Position numbers and translations under genes: made by a program. A stretch of DNA of 64,000 nucleotides, from assembly GCF_032444005.1 (NCBI RefSeq), contig NC_091285.1, positions 661,354,001 through 661,418,000 on the forward strand, written 5' to 3'. Source of the stretch: Ranitomeya imitator (lineage: Eukaryota). Shown piece by piece: positions 1 to 11,218 of this stretch. Position 1 is the first letter of the stretch. Each line of letters begins with the position of its first letter. The notes below the pieces were generated by a model, which saw only the letters and a program-made list of their open reading frames with translations, had not been told where the DNA came from and made no database searches.

Positions 1-1459
1 GGATTGCTTCAGAAGCTCAAAAGCTTTTTCGGCCTCTGGAGTCCAAGTCTTCGGATTGGCACCTTTACGAGTGAGAGCAGCAAGAGGCCGAACTACCGAG
101 GAGAAATGTGAAATGAACTGCCTGTAGTAGTTGGCGAACCCTAGAAAGCGCTGGATGGCTTTTGTTCCATAGGGACGTGGCCAACTGAGAATGGTTCTCA
201 GCTTCTCAGGGTCCATCTTGAGACCAGAATCCGAAATGACGTATCCGAGAAAAGGCAGTGAAGTCTGTTCGAAGAGACACTTCTCAAACTTAGCAAAAAG
301 ACGATTCTCTCTAAGGCGTTGCAAAACCAAACGGACGCTTCTTCTGTGAGATGATAGGTCAGCCGAAAAAATTAGGATGTCGTCTAGATATACTACCACA
401 CAGGAGTAAAGAAGGTCTCGGAAAATGTCATTGACGAATTCTTGGAAGACTGCGGGAGCATTGCAGAGACCAAACGGCATGACTAGGTATTCATAATGCC
501 CGTCCCGAGTGTTAAAGGCAGTCTTCCACTCGTCGCCGGCCCGGATTCGAACAAGATTATAAGCACCTCGAAGATCCAGCTTCGTAAAGATTCGTGCTCC
601 TCTTAATCGGTCGAAGAGTTCAGGAATAAGGGGCAGAGGGTACTTGTTCTTGATAGTAATGTTGTTCAAACCTCTGTAGTCAATGCAGGGTCGTAGAGAT
701 CCGTCTTTTTTCTTGACGAAGAAGAACCCCGCACCGGCAGGGGAAGAAGACTTTCGGATGAATCCCCTAGATAGATTCTCTTGGACGTACTCAGACATAG
801 CTTTAGTCTCAGCAGGAGACAGAGGGTAAATCCTCCCTCTAGGTTGAGTGGAACCGGGAAGAAGTTCGATCGGGCAATCGTAGAGTCGATGCGGAGGAAG
901 ACTCTCTGCTTCTTTCTTGTCAAAAACATCGATGTAGGACAGATATGGAGTAGATAGTCCGGGAAGAACGGAATCAGTCGGAAGCGAAACTACAGGGCGA
1001 ACAGGCAGAAGGCATTGTGTTTGACACGTAGATCCCCAACGGAGTATATCACCTGAACGCCAGTCCAGGGTGGGTTCGTGCAAACGGAGCCAAGGTAAAC
1101 CTAGAAGCAGAGTATGGGTTAGATTAGGCAAAACATAGAAAGTTATCTTCTCACGATGAAGAGCCCCGATACATAGGTCTATCTCTTCCGTAATCAAAGT
1201 GACGGCGTCTTGCAAGGGTCTCCCATCCACGGAAGCAATCTGACGAGGAGAATCCAACGAGAGAACTGGAACGCGAAGCCTCCGAACCGCCTCAAGACTG
1301 ATAAAGTTGCCCGCCACGCCCGAATCCACATACGCGGCCTCAGAAAAAACGCTTTTGATTTAGCACTAACAAAACGGACAGAAACAAGGGTTGAGAGGAA
1401 TCAGAAACACCTAGGGAGGCCTCCCTTACCTGTCCTAGGCGGAGGAGTTTTCCGGCCTC
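1..1459 (-). pseudogene. pol: Gypsy pol (protease + reverse transcriptase), in the -1 frame relative to gag, with one extra base in an A6 run at 1344-1349; truncated by the window edge
   Basis: Manual translation gives AYVDSGVAGNFI, LLLGLPWL, FFVKKKDGSLRPCIDYRGLN, KLDLRGAYNLVRIRAGDEWKTAF, MPFGLCNAPAVFQ and VYLDDILIFS. The frame is open from about 1343 to 1. Confidence 0.9.
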
Positions 1460-2481
1460 TCAGGACATGTTCGTAGTAAATGTGAGGCGCTACCGCAGTA
1501 AAAGCAGAGTCCTTGGGATCGTCTCTCCCGACGGCGTTGCTCTGCTAGCTTGACCCGATCTATTTGCATGGGCTCTGGCAAGGAAGTTGTGGTAGATGAC
1601 AAGGGACGCGGACTTCCTGACCTGCGGATGGGAGGTAGAGAACGAACAGACCTCTTTTCTCTAGTAGTCTCACGCGTTCGCTCCTGAAAGCGTAGGTCTA
1701 TGCGCGTGGACAGGGAAATGAGGTCATCTAAAGATGTTGGGGTATCCTGTCCAGCCAGCTCATCCTTTATTCGACTGGACAGGCCTCGCCAAAAGGCTCC
1801 TACCAGGGCCTCGTTGTTCCACCCTAATTCAGAGGCTAAAGTACGAAAACGTATGGCGTATTGGCCAACAGATAGAGAACCTTGCTGGAGGTTGAAAAGC
1901 GACTCAGTTGTGGAAGCTAAGCGCCCGGGCTCATCAAAAACCCTGTGAAAAGTCTCTAAGAAAGAAGCTAGTTGGGTAACTACAGGATCATCCCGTTCCC
2001 ACAGAGGATTGATCCAGGCCAAAGCCTCCCCCTCTAAATGAGATACTATAAAAGCCACTTTGGCCCGGTCGGAGGGATACTGTTGGGGAAGGAGCTCAAA
2101 GTGGAGGCGACACTGGTTCAGGAACCCCCTACAGAGCTTGGGATCCCCGCTAAACCTGGGAGGTTTGCCGAGGCGAGGAAGCGGATGGGGCGAGGGAGCC
2201 GAATCTTGCGAAGCCTGGGCGGAAGCCGTAGAGAGAGACTGCAAATTAAATAAACGGTCGTCTATGGAAGCCAAATAGGATAGCATACGCGCCTGCGTAT
2301 CGCGTTGTTGGGAGAGTTCCTGCTGCATGGCTGCAATTTGATTAGTATTAGCAGGGTCGGCGGTTTGCAAAGAGGTTAGGCGAGACTCCAAATTTTTTAA
2401 GAAGGACATGATGCGCTGCTGATTGTCGCGTATGTGCGCCAATTCCTTCTGAGCAGAAAACGCGGCACCCGCGGGGTCCAT
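1435..2481 (-). CDS. gag: Gag polyprotein (retrotransposon gag domain, C-terminal CCHC zinc knuckle), 348 aa
   Basis: PPRFSGDPKLCRGFLNQC, LQQGSLSVGQYAIRFRTLA, EPMQID and CFYCGSASHLLRTC; intact ATG-to-stop ORF. Confidence 0.95.
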   Translation of the reverse strand: MDPAGAAFSAQKELAHIRDNQQRIMSFLKNLESRLTSLQTADPANTNQIAAMQQELSQQRDTQARMLSYLASIDDRLFNLQSLSTASAQASQDSAPSPHPLPRLGKPPRFSGDPKLCRGFLNQCRLHFELLPQQYPSDRAKVAFIVSHLEGEALAWINPLWERDDPVVTQLASFLETFHRVFDEPGRLASTTESLFNLQQGSLSVGQYAIRFRTLASELGWNNEALVGAFWRGLSSRIKDELAGQDTPTSLDDLISLSTRIDLRFQERTRETTREKRSVRSLPPIRRSGSPRPLSSTTTSLPEPMQIDRVKLAEQRRRERRSQGLCFYCGSASHLLRTCPERPENSSA

Positions 2482-2494
2482 GGCCTGAGTATAC

Positions 2495-3193
2495 TGTTAG
2501 GACTACAGAGATGGGTACGAGAGTGGACCCTCTGGACCGTAGAAGTCCCCCTCGTGGGCGAGCAGACCCGGTGTTAACCAACCCCTATACAGGGGCTGTT
2601 TAGGAGCAGGCCCAGAGGTTACCTTACCACGGTAGCGGATACCAGAAGGGACGGCTCAAGTAAAGGGAAGGCTGAAGAGTAGACAAAACTGAGGACCGGA
2701 ATCAGCAGCGGAAAATCCAGAGGCAGAAGACACGGGAACGGAAGGCAGGAATCGGCAGAGGAGAACCAGGGACGGAGAGGGAACTGAAACAAAGTAACGG
2801 AAAACAAACACAGTAAATAGTAGCGCCGGAGCGCAGAGCAAGTACAGAGACACAGCGAACGGCCAGAGACTAAGCAAACACTTAAGATACTCAGGCACCT
2901 CCTAGCAGAGGAGGTGGCCTGAAATACCGTGCTCTCCATGGTGATTGTCTGCAGATGCACCACACCCGCTGCTAGGTGATCCGGAGCTGTGAGGCTGTAT
3001 CTAATGCTGAAGCCTGTGCGCCTGCGCAGGAGCGCCGGAAGTAGGGGCACAGGAACGAGCGATGCCGGAAGAAGATGGCGCCGCCCGAGAGGAGGAGAGG
3101 ACAACGCGCCGAGCGCTGAAAGAAGAGCGCGCGAGGGGGGCGGAGGCGGCACGCTGAGGACCAGGAACAGAGCGGTGAGCAGCCGCTGTAACA
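2495..3193 (-). repeat. 5' LTR of the first Gypsy element (699 bp)
   Basis: TG...CA termini; TATA-like TATTTCA at 2926-2920; lies 13 nt upstream of the gag ATG. Confidence 0.8.
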
Positions 3194-3608
3194 TTGAGTA
3201 CTACAAAGAAACAAAAACTGACCAGCACTGTGGACAGGAACAAGCTGCTTTTGATTGTGAATTGGCCATTTTCTGCGCTTAGCTTAGTACCTCAATTTTA
3301 TGAGTGTAGTCTACATGGCTATAATAACAGGAACACATGGGCTACCTGCACAGTGAACAAGTCTGTATGATCATGTTCACACACCACCAAGAAACCTGAA
3401 GACACAAAAGAGAATAGTAAAACCAAAAACACTCAGTTTGAAAAAATGTTGCAGTAATCCGCAAGTGCTAGTAAAAGATGTAAAAAACAGGGTATTTGGT
3501 TGACACGTTTTTTGCAAAAAATGTATACTAAGCTGCTCTACCAAACTTCACGGTATACCCTTATCAGAGCAGTCCTAACTAATGTATGCAATCCCTATCA
3601 ACCAAATA

Positions 3609-4917
3609 CCGTATATACTCGAGTATAAGCCGAGATTTTCAGCCCAAATTTTAGGGCTGAAAGTGCCCCCCTCGGCTTATACTCGAGTCACGGTAGCGGT
3701 GGGGTCGGCAGGTGAGGGGGTGAGGGCGCTGAGGTATACTTACCTATTCCCAGCGATCCTCGCGCTGTCCCTGCCGTCCCACGGGCTTCGGCGCTGCAGC
3801 TTCTTCCTCTCTTCAGCGGTCACGTGGGACCGCTCATTACAGAAATGAATAAGCGGCTCCACCTCCCATAGGGGCGGAGCCGCTTATTCATTTCTCTAAT
3901 CAGCGGTGCCGGTGACCGCTGATAGAGAAAGAAGCTGCAGCGCCGAAGACAGGAGGGGACAGCGCGAGGATCGCCAGGACTAGGTGAGTATGTTATATTC
4001 ACCTGTCCTCGTTCCAGCCGCCGGGCGCCGATCCATCTTCCCGGCCGGCGCCTCCATCTTCCCGGCGTCTGCGCTCTCTGACTGATCAGGCAGAGGGCGC
4101 GATGACGCATATAGTGTGCGCGGCGCCCTCTGCCTGATCAGTCAGAGCAGAGACGCCGGGAAGATGGAGGCGCCGGAACGAGACGCCGGGAGCTGCAATC
4201 AAGGGAGGTGAGTATGTGTTTTTTTTTTTTTATTGCAGCAGTAGCAGCGGCAGCACAGATTAATGTGGAGCATCTATGGGGCACAATGAACGGTGCAGAG
4301 CACCGTATAAGGCACAGCTAGGGGGCACAATGAACGGTGCAGAGCACCGTATAAGGCACAGCTAGGGGGCACAATGAACGGTGCAGAGCACCGTATAAGG
4401 CACAGCTAGGGGGCACAATGAACGGTGCAGAGCACCGTATAAGGCACAGCTAGGGGGCACAGTGAACGGTGCAGAGCACCGTATATGGCACAGCTAGGGG
4501 GCACAATGAACGGTGCAGAGCACCGTATATGGCACAGCAATGGGGCACAATGAACGGTGCAGAGCACTGTATATGGCACAGCTAGGGGGCACAATGAACG
4601 GTGCAGAGCACTGTATATGGCACAGCTAGGGGGCACAGTGAACGGTGCAGAGCACTGTATATGGCACAGCTAGGGGGCACAGTGAACGGTGCAGAGCACT
4701 ATATGGGGCACAGCTATGGGGAAATATGAATGGTGTAGAGCACTATATGGCACAGCTATGGGGAAATAATGATCTATTTTTATTTTTGAAATTCACCGGT
4801 AAATGCTGCATTTCCACCCTAGGCTTATACTCGAGTCAATAAGTTTTCCCAGTTTTTTGTGGCAAAATTAGGGGGGTCGGCTTATACTCGGGTCGGCTTA
4901 TACTCGAGTATATACGG
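3609..4917. mobile_element. Non-autonomous Tc2/pogo-like DNA transposon (MITE)
   Basis: Perfect TIR CCGTATATACTCGAGTATAAGCCGA at both ends; TA dinucleotide on both flanks; no transposase ORF. Confidence 0.85.
4278..4760. repeat. 44-bp minisatellite (~11 copies) inside the Tc2-like MITE
   Basis: Unit GGGGCACAATGAACGGTGCAGAGCACCGTATAAGGCACAGCTAG, containing an ACGGTGC-AGA-GCACCGT hairpin. Confidence 0.95.
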
Positions 4918-5085
4918 TACCCTGTTTTTTACATCTTTTACTAGCACTTGCGGATTACTGCAACATTTTTTCAAACTGAGTGTTTTTGGTTTTACTATTC
5001 TCTTTTGTGTCTTACATGGCTATAATGCAGTTTAAAATTCATATATCCTGGTGTGCACAGCGTGTGTGCCTGTTCACATTTGCTT

Positions 5086-5119
<34 letters not shown>

Positions 5120-5345
5120 AAGATAGATAGATAGATAGAGATATTACATAGATGNNNNNNNNNNNNNNNNNNNNNNNNNNNNNNNNNNNNNNNNNNNNNN
5201 NNNNNNNNNNNNNNNNNNNNNNNNNNNNNNNNNNNNNNNNNNNNNNNNNNNNNNNNNNNNNNNNNNNNNNNNNNNNNNNNNNNNNNNNNNNNNNNNNNNN
5301 NNNNNNNNNNNNNNNNNNNNACATAGATAATAGATAGATAAATAA
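5086..5345. repeat. (GATA)n microsatellite flanking an assembly gap
   Basis: GATA repeats on both sides of the N run. Confidence 0.9.
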
Positions 5346-5444
5346 TAGATAGTGTAATGCAGCGATAGCACCATATGCAGTGAAATGGCAGTGACCCAAG
5401 CAAATTCAAAACAAAACATGTCTAATGTCCAAAAACTCACACAG

Positions 5445-8400
5445 GGGGCGTGGCTTGCACGGGCTCAGGAGCAGACCTGTGTCTGGGGAGCTCCTGCTGA
5501 ATCCCGGATTATAAGCAACTAATAGCTTACTTCTTGGGGTGAAACACCACTGAACACTGTCTAAAACTACCAGGAGCAGGACAGAACTCTTTTAGAGCAA
5601 CTTCAATAATGGCAAATACAGCAAAAGGACATGCAAGCTCCAGCCTCGGCCTTGCTGCAGGCCCGTACACTCAGAAGACCAGAAAACCTCACTTAACAAA
5701 GCCCTCAGGCTACAGCCCGGACTTAGATGCAGGATGATCATCGGAGAAGCTTGCTGCAGCTCCCGCACTGAAATCTGCGAGATCTGCGGCCACTACTGTG
5801 CAGACCGGAGCTACCTCCGTGCATAGGCCTAAAGCCGCGGTCTTTCCTAAGCCGACGGAGCCGGGACGCAGAGAAAAAGCCATAACCCAGCCCACGACTC
5901 CGCCCACAGTACGCGGCAGCCCCGCTGCCGAGGACAAGAACTTGAATAGTGCCGCAGGGAAAACCATGAAGAGACCTCCGCTATGGGCGACTCCCGCCCT
6001 GAGACACACAGGACCCTCTACCCAGCTTTCCCGGGTAGGCACAGCCTCCGGGACCAAACCGGGAGCCGCTGCCCTGCATGTACCGGCGGGGCCGAGAGGT
6101 AAGAGAGACGCCGAGGCCCCTCCCATAACTCCGCCTACCTTATGCGGCGACTTCGCTCCCAGGGAACGGAGCTCTGTAGCGGCTGCAGATCCTTCACCTG
6201 CGACGCCTGCCCGGAAGTCCCCGAAGCCCCTGGCCGCTCTCACACAGACCGGAGCTGCCGCTGGGAGGGGGCCCAGAACCGCAGCTACACCCGAGCAGGC
6301 GAAGTCGGGACGCAGAGTGAGCGCCGAGACTCCGCCCACTGCTCCGCCCACAGCTCGCCGCGGCATTGCTCTGGGAGGCAAAGACACAGACTCGGCTGCT
6401 GGAGAAGCAACAGCCTCGCTCACAACATACGGCAGCACAGATATCTTTAGGAAGAGCCGGGACCTACACATAGTGTCATCCAAAGCAGGTACCGCAGCTC
6501 TTCACTCGCCGGCTGGGATGGGGTGCAGGGCTGCACAGGTGATAAACCGCGGACAGGGGAGAGAGAGACAGGACGAGACCCCGCCCTCAACCCCGCCCAC
6601 TGACAACAGTTGCACTGCTACTAACAACATTAAGAAACAAGCAACTCGTACTCTTAGATATGATGCTTCCTCATTTATACCGAAGCTCAGATCTCAGTCA
6701 AAGGAGAAACGTCAGTCCACAAGCCCTGAGATACCACAGCTCAAACCAGTGGACAGGCCACAAATAAGTCGCTCTTCACAAAAAACACAACTAAAGGTCC
6801 ACAGCAGTTCAACCGATCTGGAGGAGAAGTGCTCCACATCAATCACCTCATGTCCATTACTCGGATCAGTGGAAACATCAGTAACAGAAGGTCCTCCCAC
6901 TAAAATAAATATAGACAATTTACTAACAAGCTTCTGTGACATCCTTAATGAAAAAATGGAGGAAACCATGTCAATGATTGTTTACAGACTCTCTTACAAA
7001 CTGCCTAATACAGAGTCAGATGGCATGGAGACAGCGTCTGAGTCCTACATAAGAGACGCACTGACTTCTGTTGCAGAGAGCATTGACTCATCCTCGTCGG
7101 CATCTTCTTCAAGGTCATCCAAAAGTGATCGCTCCTCGTCTATATGCGACTCATATTCTCCCTCTGTATACTCATCCGATAGCAGCGAAGAGGACTTCTC
7201 ACCCAGGAGCTTAGATCTTCCCTACTCAGTTAGTTCGCTGACCCCTCCTATATCTGGAACTATACTGGATGATCTACAAAAAGACATTGACACTCTAAAA
7301 AGCAATATGGCTAGTCTTGAGGACCACAGACGGAGAAATAACATAAAAATAAGAGGAGTTCCTGAATCTATAAAACCCCCACATTTGAAGGATTATATTC
7401 TTAAAATGATTCACAAATTCATTCCTGAGGCCAGTGAACCGAACATTATTGAAAAAGCTTTCCGAATCAAAAGACCTGCGTTTCTCCCACAAGGCGTGCC
7501 AAGGGACATCATTGTCTCCTTTTTCCCGGCATGGATTAGAAGTAAATTATTTGATCTCCCCTCTGATAAGAACTTCCAACTCTCCTCATATAGTCAGTTA
7601 TCATTTTTTAGAGATTTATCTAGAGACACTCTGAAAAAGCATAAAGACTTTGCATCTATTACACAGGAACTTCGGAGGGCACACTTTACATATTCGTGGT
7701 CCCCCTCCTCTACCCTTACGATAAAACTCTTGTCTGGAAACGTTTATGTTGCAAATCCAGTGGAGGGCCTATCCTTTCTACAGCACCATGGCCTAAATCC
7801 TCCTGGAATCTCCAAGCAACTTGGCCGGAAATCTCTAAGAACCTACAATGGTCCTGCATGAACTGTAGTTTTGTTCTGCACACATTGACACCTACTCTCA
7901 CAACATCCTATACAGTTTATAGACGCAACTTTCCCAAAGATTAGCCTTAATATTGAGCCAGATATTTTACTGCCCACATAGTCGCAGGATCACCATTGGT
8001 GTCTCCTGATATAAGTTATTACACACCATACATTAAGCCAAAACATATAACAGGCCTTCATATATTAATTCCTACCAGTCAGTCAACATAGTTTTAAATA
8101 CATACTCAATGAATCCACATAAAATCAAACATGTGTCAGTTTAATAACCTATCGTGTTACTCTATACACTTAAATACATTAAGCTAATACTTATAACAGG
8201 CCTTCACATACTAATACCTACTAGTTAGCTACTATGGTCTTTGATGTATGTTTCTTCATCTTAGTTACTATGGTATGGTAAAACTGCACATAATACTTGT
8301 TATCTTACTGTGTTTATATTATTCTACTGTATGATTGCCTGTTTCCCCCCTTTTTGTCAGGGGGTTTGTTTTTCCCTACCTCCATACCCCTCCCTTTCCC

Positions 8401-8463
8401 CTCCTCCCTTCCCTAATTTATCCTACCGGTTAAAGTTAAAATTCAATAAAATATTTTGAAAGC
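5445..8463 (+). mobile_element. Full-length ORF1-only L1-derived retrotransposon (HAL1-like)
   Basis: TSD AAAAACTCACACAG at 5431-5444 and 8464-8477; GC-rich 5' end; a single L1 ORF1; ~590-bp 3' UTR with AATAAA at 8445-8450; no ORF2. Confidence 0.85.
5609..7861 (+). pseudogene. L1 ORF1p-like protein (~750 codons) with one in-frame TGA at 5735-5737; long low-complexity N-terminus, C-terminal coiled-coil/RRM/CTD
   Basis: ATG 5609 is in frame with the tracked ORF 5798-7861. LEDHRRRNNIKIRGVPE, IEKAFRI, PRDIIV and FFRDLS match L1 ORF1 (Transposase_22-like) motifs. Confidence 0.85.
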
Positions 8464-8939
8464 AAAAACTCACACAGTGCACAGCATGCTGTATCCTCCA
8501 GATCGCAGCCGTGAAAACAAAACGACAGTCCGAGACGCAGGGTGTCAGCCCCTTTGGCTCCTCTTGCCCCTGTGTTGCTTCACACAGGGAGTGCTCGGCA
8601 GACAACTGCTCTGTCTGCTTCCAAACGAACACAGATAAACCTCTCGCCATACTACATGGCTTTTAATCAGTCACTGCTTCACTATTTGTAATCACAGCTA
8701 CACCTGTGACTGCAATATCCCCTCATGACCTCACTACGCCTCCGTTCACATTCTGAAGAGCAGAAACAGCACCCCCTAGCTATAACAGGGGTCCCTGCCT
8801 CACATATCCCCTCCCCTGTTCAAACCTGTGGGGTTGAACAGCTGTCACCCCACATGGGCGCGAGACAGGGCATCTGCATGCTCCTGTGACATCCTCGCCC
8901 GACACTACACTAAGAAACCAAAGTAGGGACCGGAACCAT

Positions 8940-10900
8940 CAATTGGCACACTCCCCTTTGCGTTTCTCCTTCATACTTCATAATGGGACCACCCACCCCA
9001 TTCTCCTTTGCAGAAGCCAAGCCCTCTTTTCTTATTAACCGTAGATTTGGGCAAGTTTTGGGTGGTCTCGACCTTGTTTATTTTGGGTTTACTAACCCCG
9101 TAGGTCATCCTGTCACCTAAGTACCTGCCTTCGGGCCCTTGGTGCCATTTACTCCTTACCCATGCCCCGGTGACAATGTCACGCTGAAATGCCGCGGACC
9201 GCGCCGGCAACTCCGAGCATATGTCTGTATGACGTCGCACCCAAACCTGAGCCTCCCGACACTGCTGTCTAGCGAGCGCTGTATCTAATTTACCCTAGCC
9301 ACATCCTTGGCTGGTGCCAGAGGGTTCCTCGTACGCACATCCCAGTCGCCTCTATGACCATACACTCCTGACTTTTCTCATACCTGCGTTTTTAATTCTG
9401 CGTCTCTGCGTGGGACCCTGGATATGAGCCATCCCGAACTTACTAGGGAACACGTCCAGCTCGGGGTTCAATGGGGTCCCCACGACCTCTACTGCCACAA
9501 CCTCTAGGGGGAGCCTATTGGGGTTACACTCTATCCCTAAATTGGCGACCCCTGTGGCAGACATCTTACCATCTTCGGGTTCTACGTCCAAAACAATATT
9601 TTCAGTTTCTCCCTCTTGGGGGAGCTCATCGGGATTACACTCTGTCCCTAGGTTGGCGACCCCTATGGCAGGTATCTCAACATCTTTGGGTTCTGCACCT
9701 GGTACAATATTTTCCGTGAGAGGGTTGACCCTGGGACCAAACCAGGGGCAAGTCTCTCCCCAACACAGCCCCATATGGAAGGGTCTTCACCACTCCCACA
9801 TGTTTAATGTCCCCACATGGTGTGGAAAAATTAACCTCTGTGGTCGGGTACTCACGGATTTCCCCGTGGATACCCACGGATTTCCCCATGGATACCCATC
9901 ACCTCCACTTTCGGTCCTTTGGGGCTGTCACCGGCAACATGGGACCCATGAACCAAGGTCACTATGCTTCCCCAGTCCAGGAGAGCCTCTGTTTGCTACC
10001 TGTTCACAAGTGCCTGGCACAGCTGTGGTTTGCTGTTGGCGGTGCCTGGAGTGGTGGTACAGACTGGCTGGGCATACACAGAAATATGGCGACCATACCT
10101 GCAGTACATGGGTTCAGTCAACAGTGAGCAGTTGGCAGCCACATGGCCGGGCCCTTGACACCGCCAAAACCTGATTGCTGTGGCGCGATTGTACCCAGGA
10201 GCCGTTTTATTTTTCCCGGCTCCTGGGCTGGGGAAGCCTTACATGACAGCCGAAATGGAGCGGTGTCCCGTATAAAGTCCTGAGTGGCTGTATACCACTC
10301 TACCAGTCCCACTACCTAATCCCACACATACGTACTAACCCCCAGTCTGGCAAGGATCTCACCTTTCAGCTTCTCATAGTCCAGGGCATCGCCCCAACTG
10401 AGGTCTATAAAGGTTTTCTGGGCATCTCCCATCAGGAAGTTGGACACCATCTCAGCCCACTGAGTCACTGGCAAGCTCTCCCGCTCCGTGGTGCGTTCGA
10501 AGATGGTGAGAAAAGCTCCATGTCGTCCTCAGGTTCCATATTCCTCAGCGCTGAGCGGACCTTGTACCAGGCTTCCGACCGGAATATAGTTGCTGAGGGA
10601 TCTGCCTCTCGCATAGCCATGATCTGCTGCATCAACAGTTCAGTTGTCCGCTGCTGTTGCTCATTATGTAGTTCCTGGTGCAGATTACGTAGCTCCCGCT
10701 GCCATTGCTGCTGCTCCAGCTGTTGCACCTGCAACTACAGCACCTCCTGCTGTTGTGTTTGAGACACAGCCATCTTAGTATTTCCTCCATCTTGTCCGCA
10801 GGCTTGAGCTGTAGCATTACTGGCTTAATTATTGACATACAGCACGCTTTGGGTATGCTTCAGTTCACTCTGCCCGCATTCTCCACCATATGTAATGCAG
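8940..10900 (-). mobile_element. Degenerate, internally deleted Gmr1-like Gypsy retrotransposon (gag, zinc knuckle and protease remnants)
   Basis: Frameshifted translation: MEPEDDME.FLTIFER...QWAEMV...GDAQK...DYEKLKGEILARLG, WRCQGPGHVAANC, EPMYC, ALLDWGSIVTLV and VGVVKTLPYGAVLGRD; tRNA PBS upstream. The left boundary is uncertain. Confidence 0.75.
10871..10888 (-). promoter_or_regulatory. Primer binding site complementary to the 3' end of tRNA-Ala
   Basis: The plus strand reads TGCCCGCATTCTCCACCA, matching my recollection of the 18-nt 3' end of vertebrate tRNA-Ala(AGC); it lies 2 nt from a TGTAAT LTR-like end at 10891. Confidence 0.8.
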
Positions 10901-11218
10901 CAGGAGATCGCAGATGATACATTTTGTGAGGTAAAATATTGTTTAAAAACAGTCAGTGAAATATTTTACCTGACAAAAAAAATCCTCTGTGATCCCCTGC
11001 TGTAATGACAGTATTGTCTTTTGCTTCCTCCCCTGCCCAGGAGATGTGGTATGCTACAAAACACAGTGAGACACAAACAATTTACAGGTCAAAGAAGAGA
11101 TGACATGAGAGGAGAAGACAGCAGATGGCTGAGAGAGAAAGTGCACAGGGGTGAGAGAGACAGCACAGGGGGGAGACAGCTCAACGGGACAGCACATGAG
11201 GGGAGAACACAGCACAGT

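Larger units (their letters stand above)
1..3193 (-). mobile_element. Ty3/Gypsy LTR retrotransposon of Tf1/sushi (PEG10/RTL1-like gag) type; 5' LTR, gag and 5' part of pol, running off the window start
   Basis: LTR 2495-3193 (TGTTAC...CCTAACA on minus), gag ORF with CCHC knuckle, pol frame with protease DSG, RT YLDD (379-390) and RT thumb motif FLGFANYYRQFI. Confidence 0.95.
3326..5012. mobile_element. Penelope-like insertion with ~95-bp inverted arms, interrupted by a Tc2-like MITE
   Basis: Arms at about 3397-3492 and 4918-5012 are reverse complements; 14-bp direct repeats TACATGGCTATAAT flank it (3312-3325, 5013-5026). The family assignment is inferred from architecture only. Confidence 0.5.

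Noticed and set aside
4995-5440. ORFs spanning the N gap
   Set aside because: Artefacts of translating Ns and (GATA)n.
5710-6483. 257-aa minus-strand ORF
   Set aside because: Antisense shadow of the GC-rich ORF1 extension; no recognisable domain.
10871-10888. tRNA-Ala gene
   Set aside because: Only the 3' 18 nt including CCA are present, next to an LTR end; this is a PBS, not a tRNA gene.
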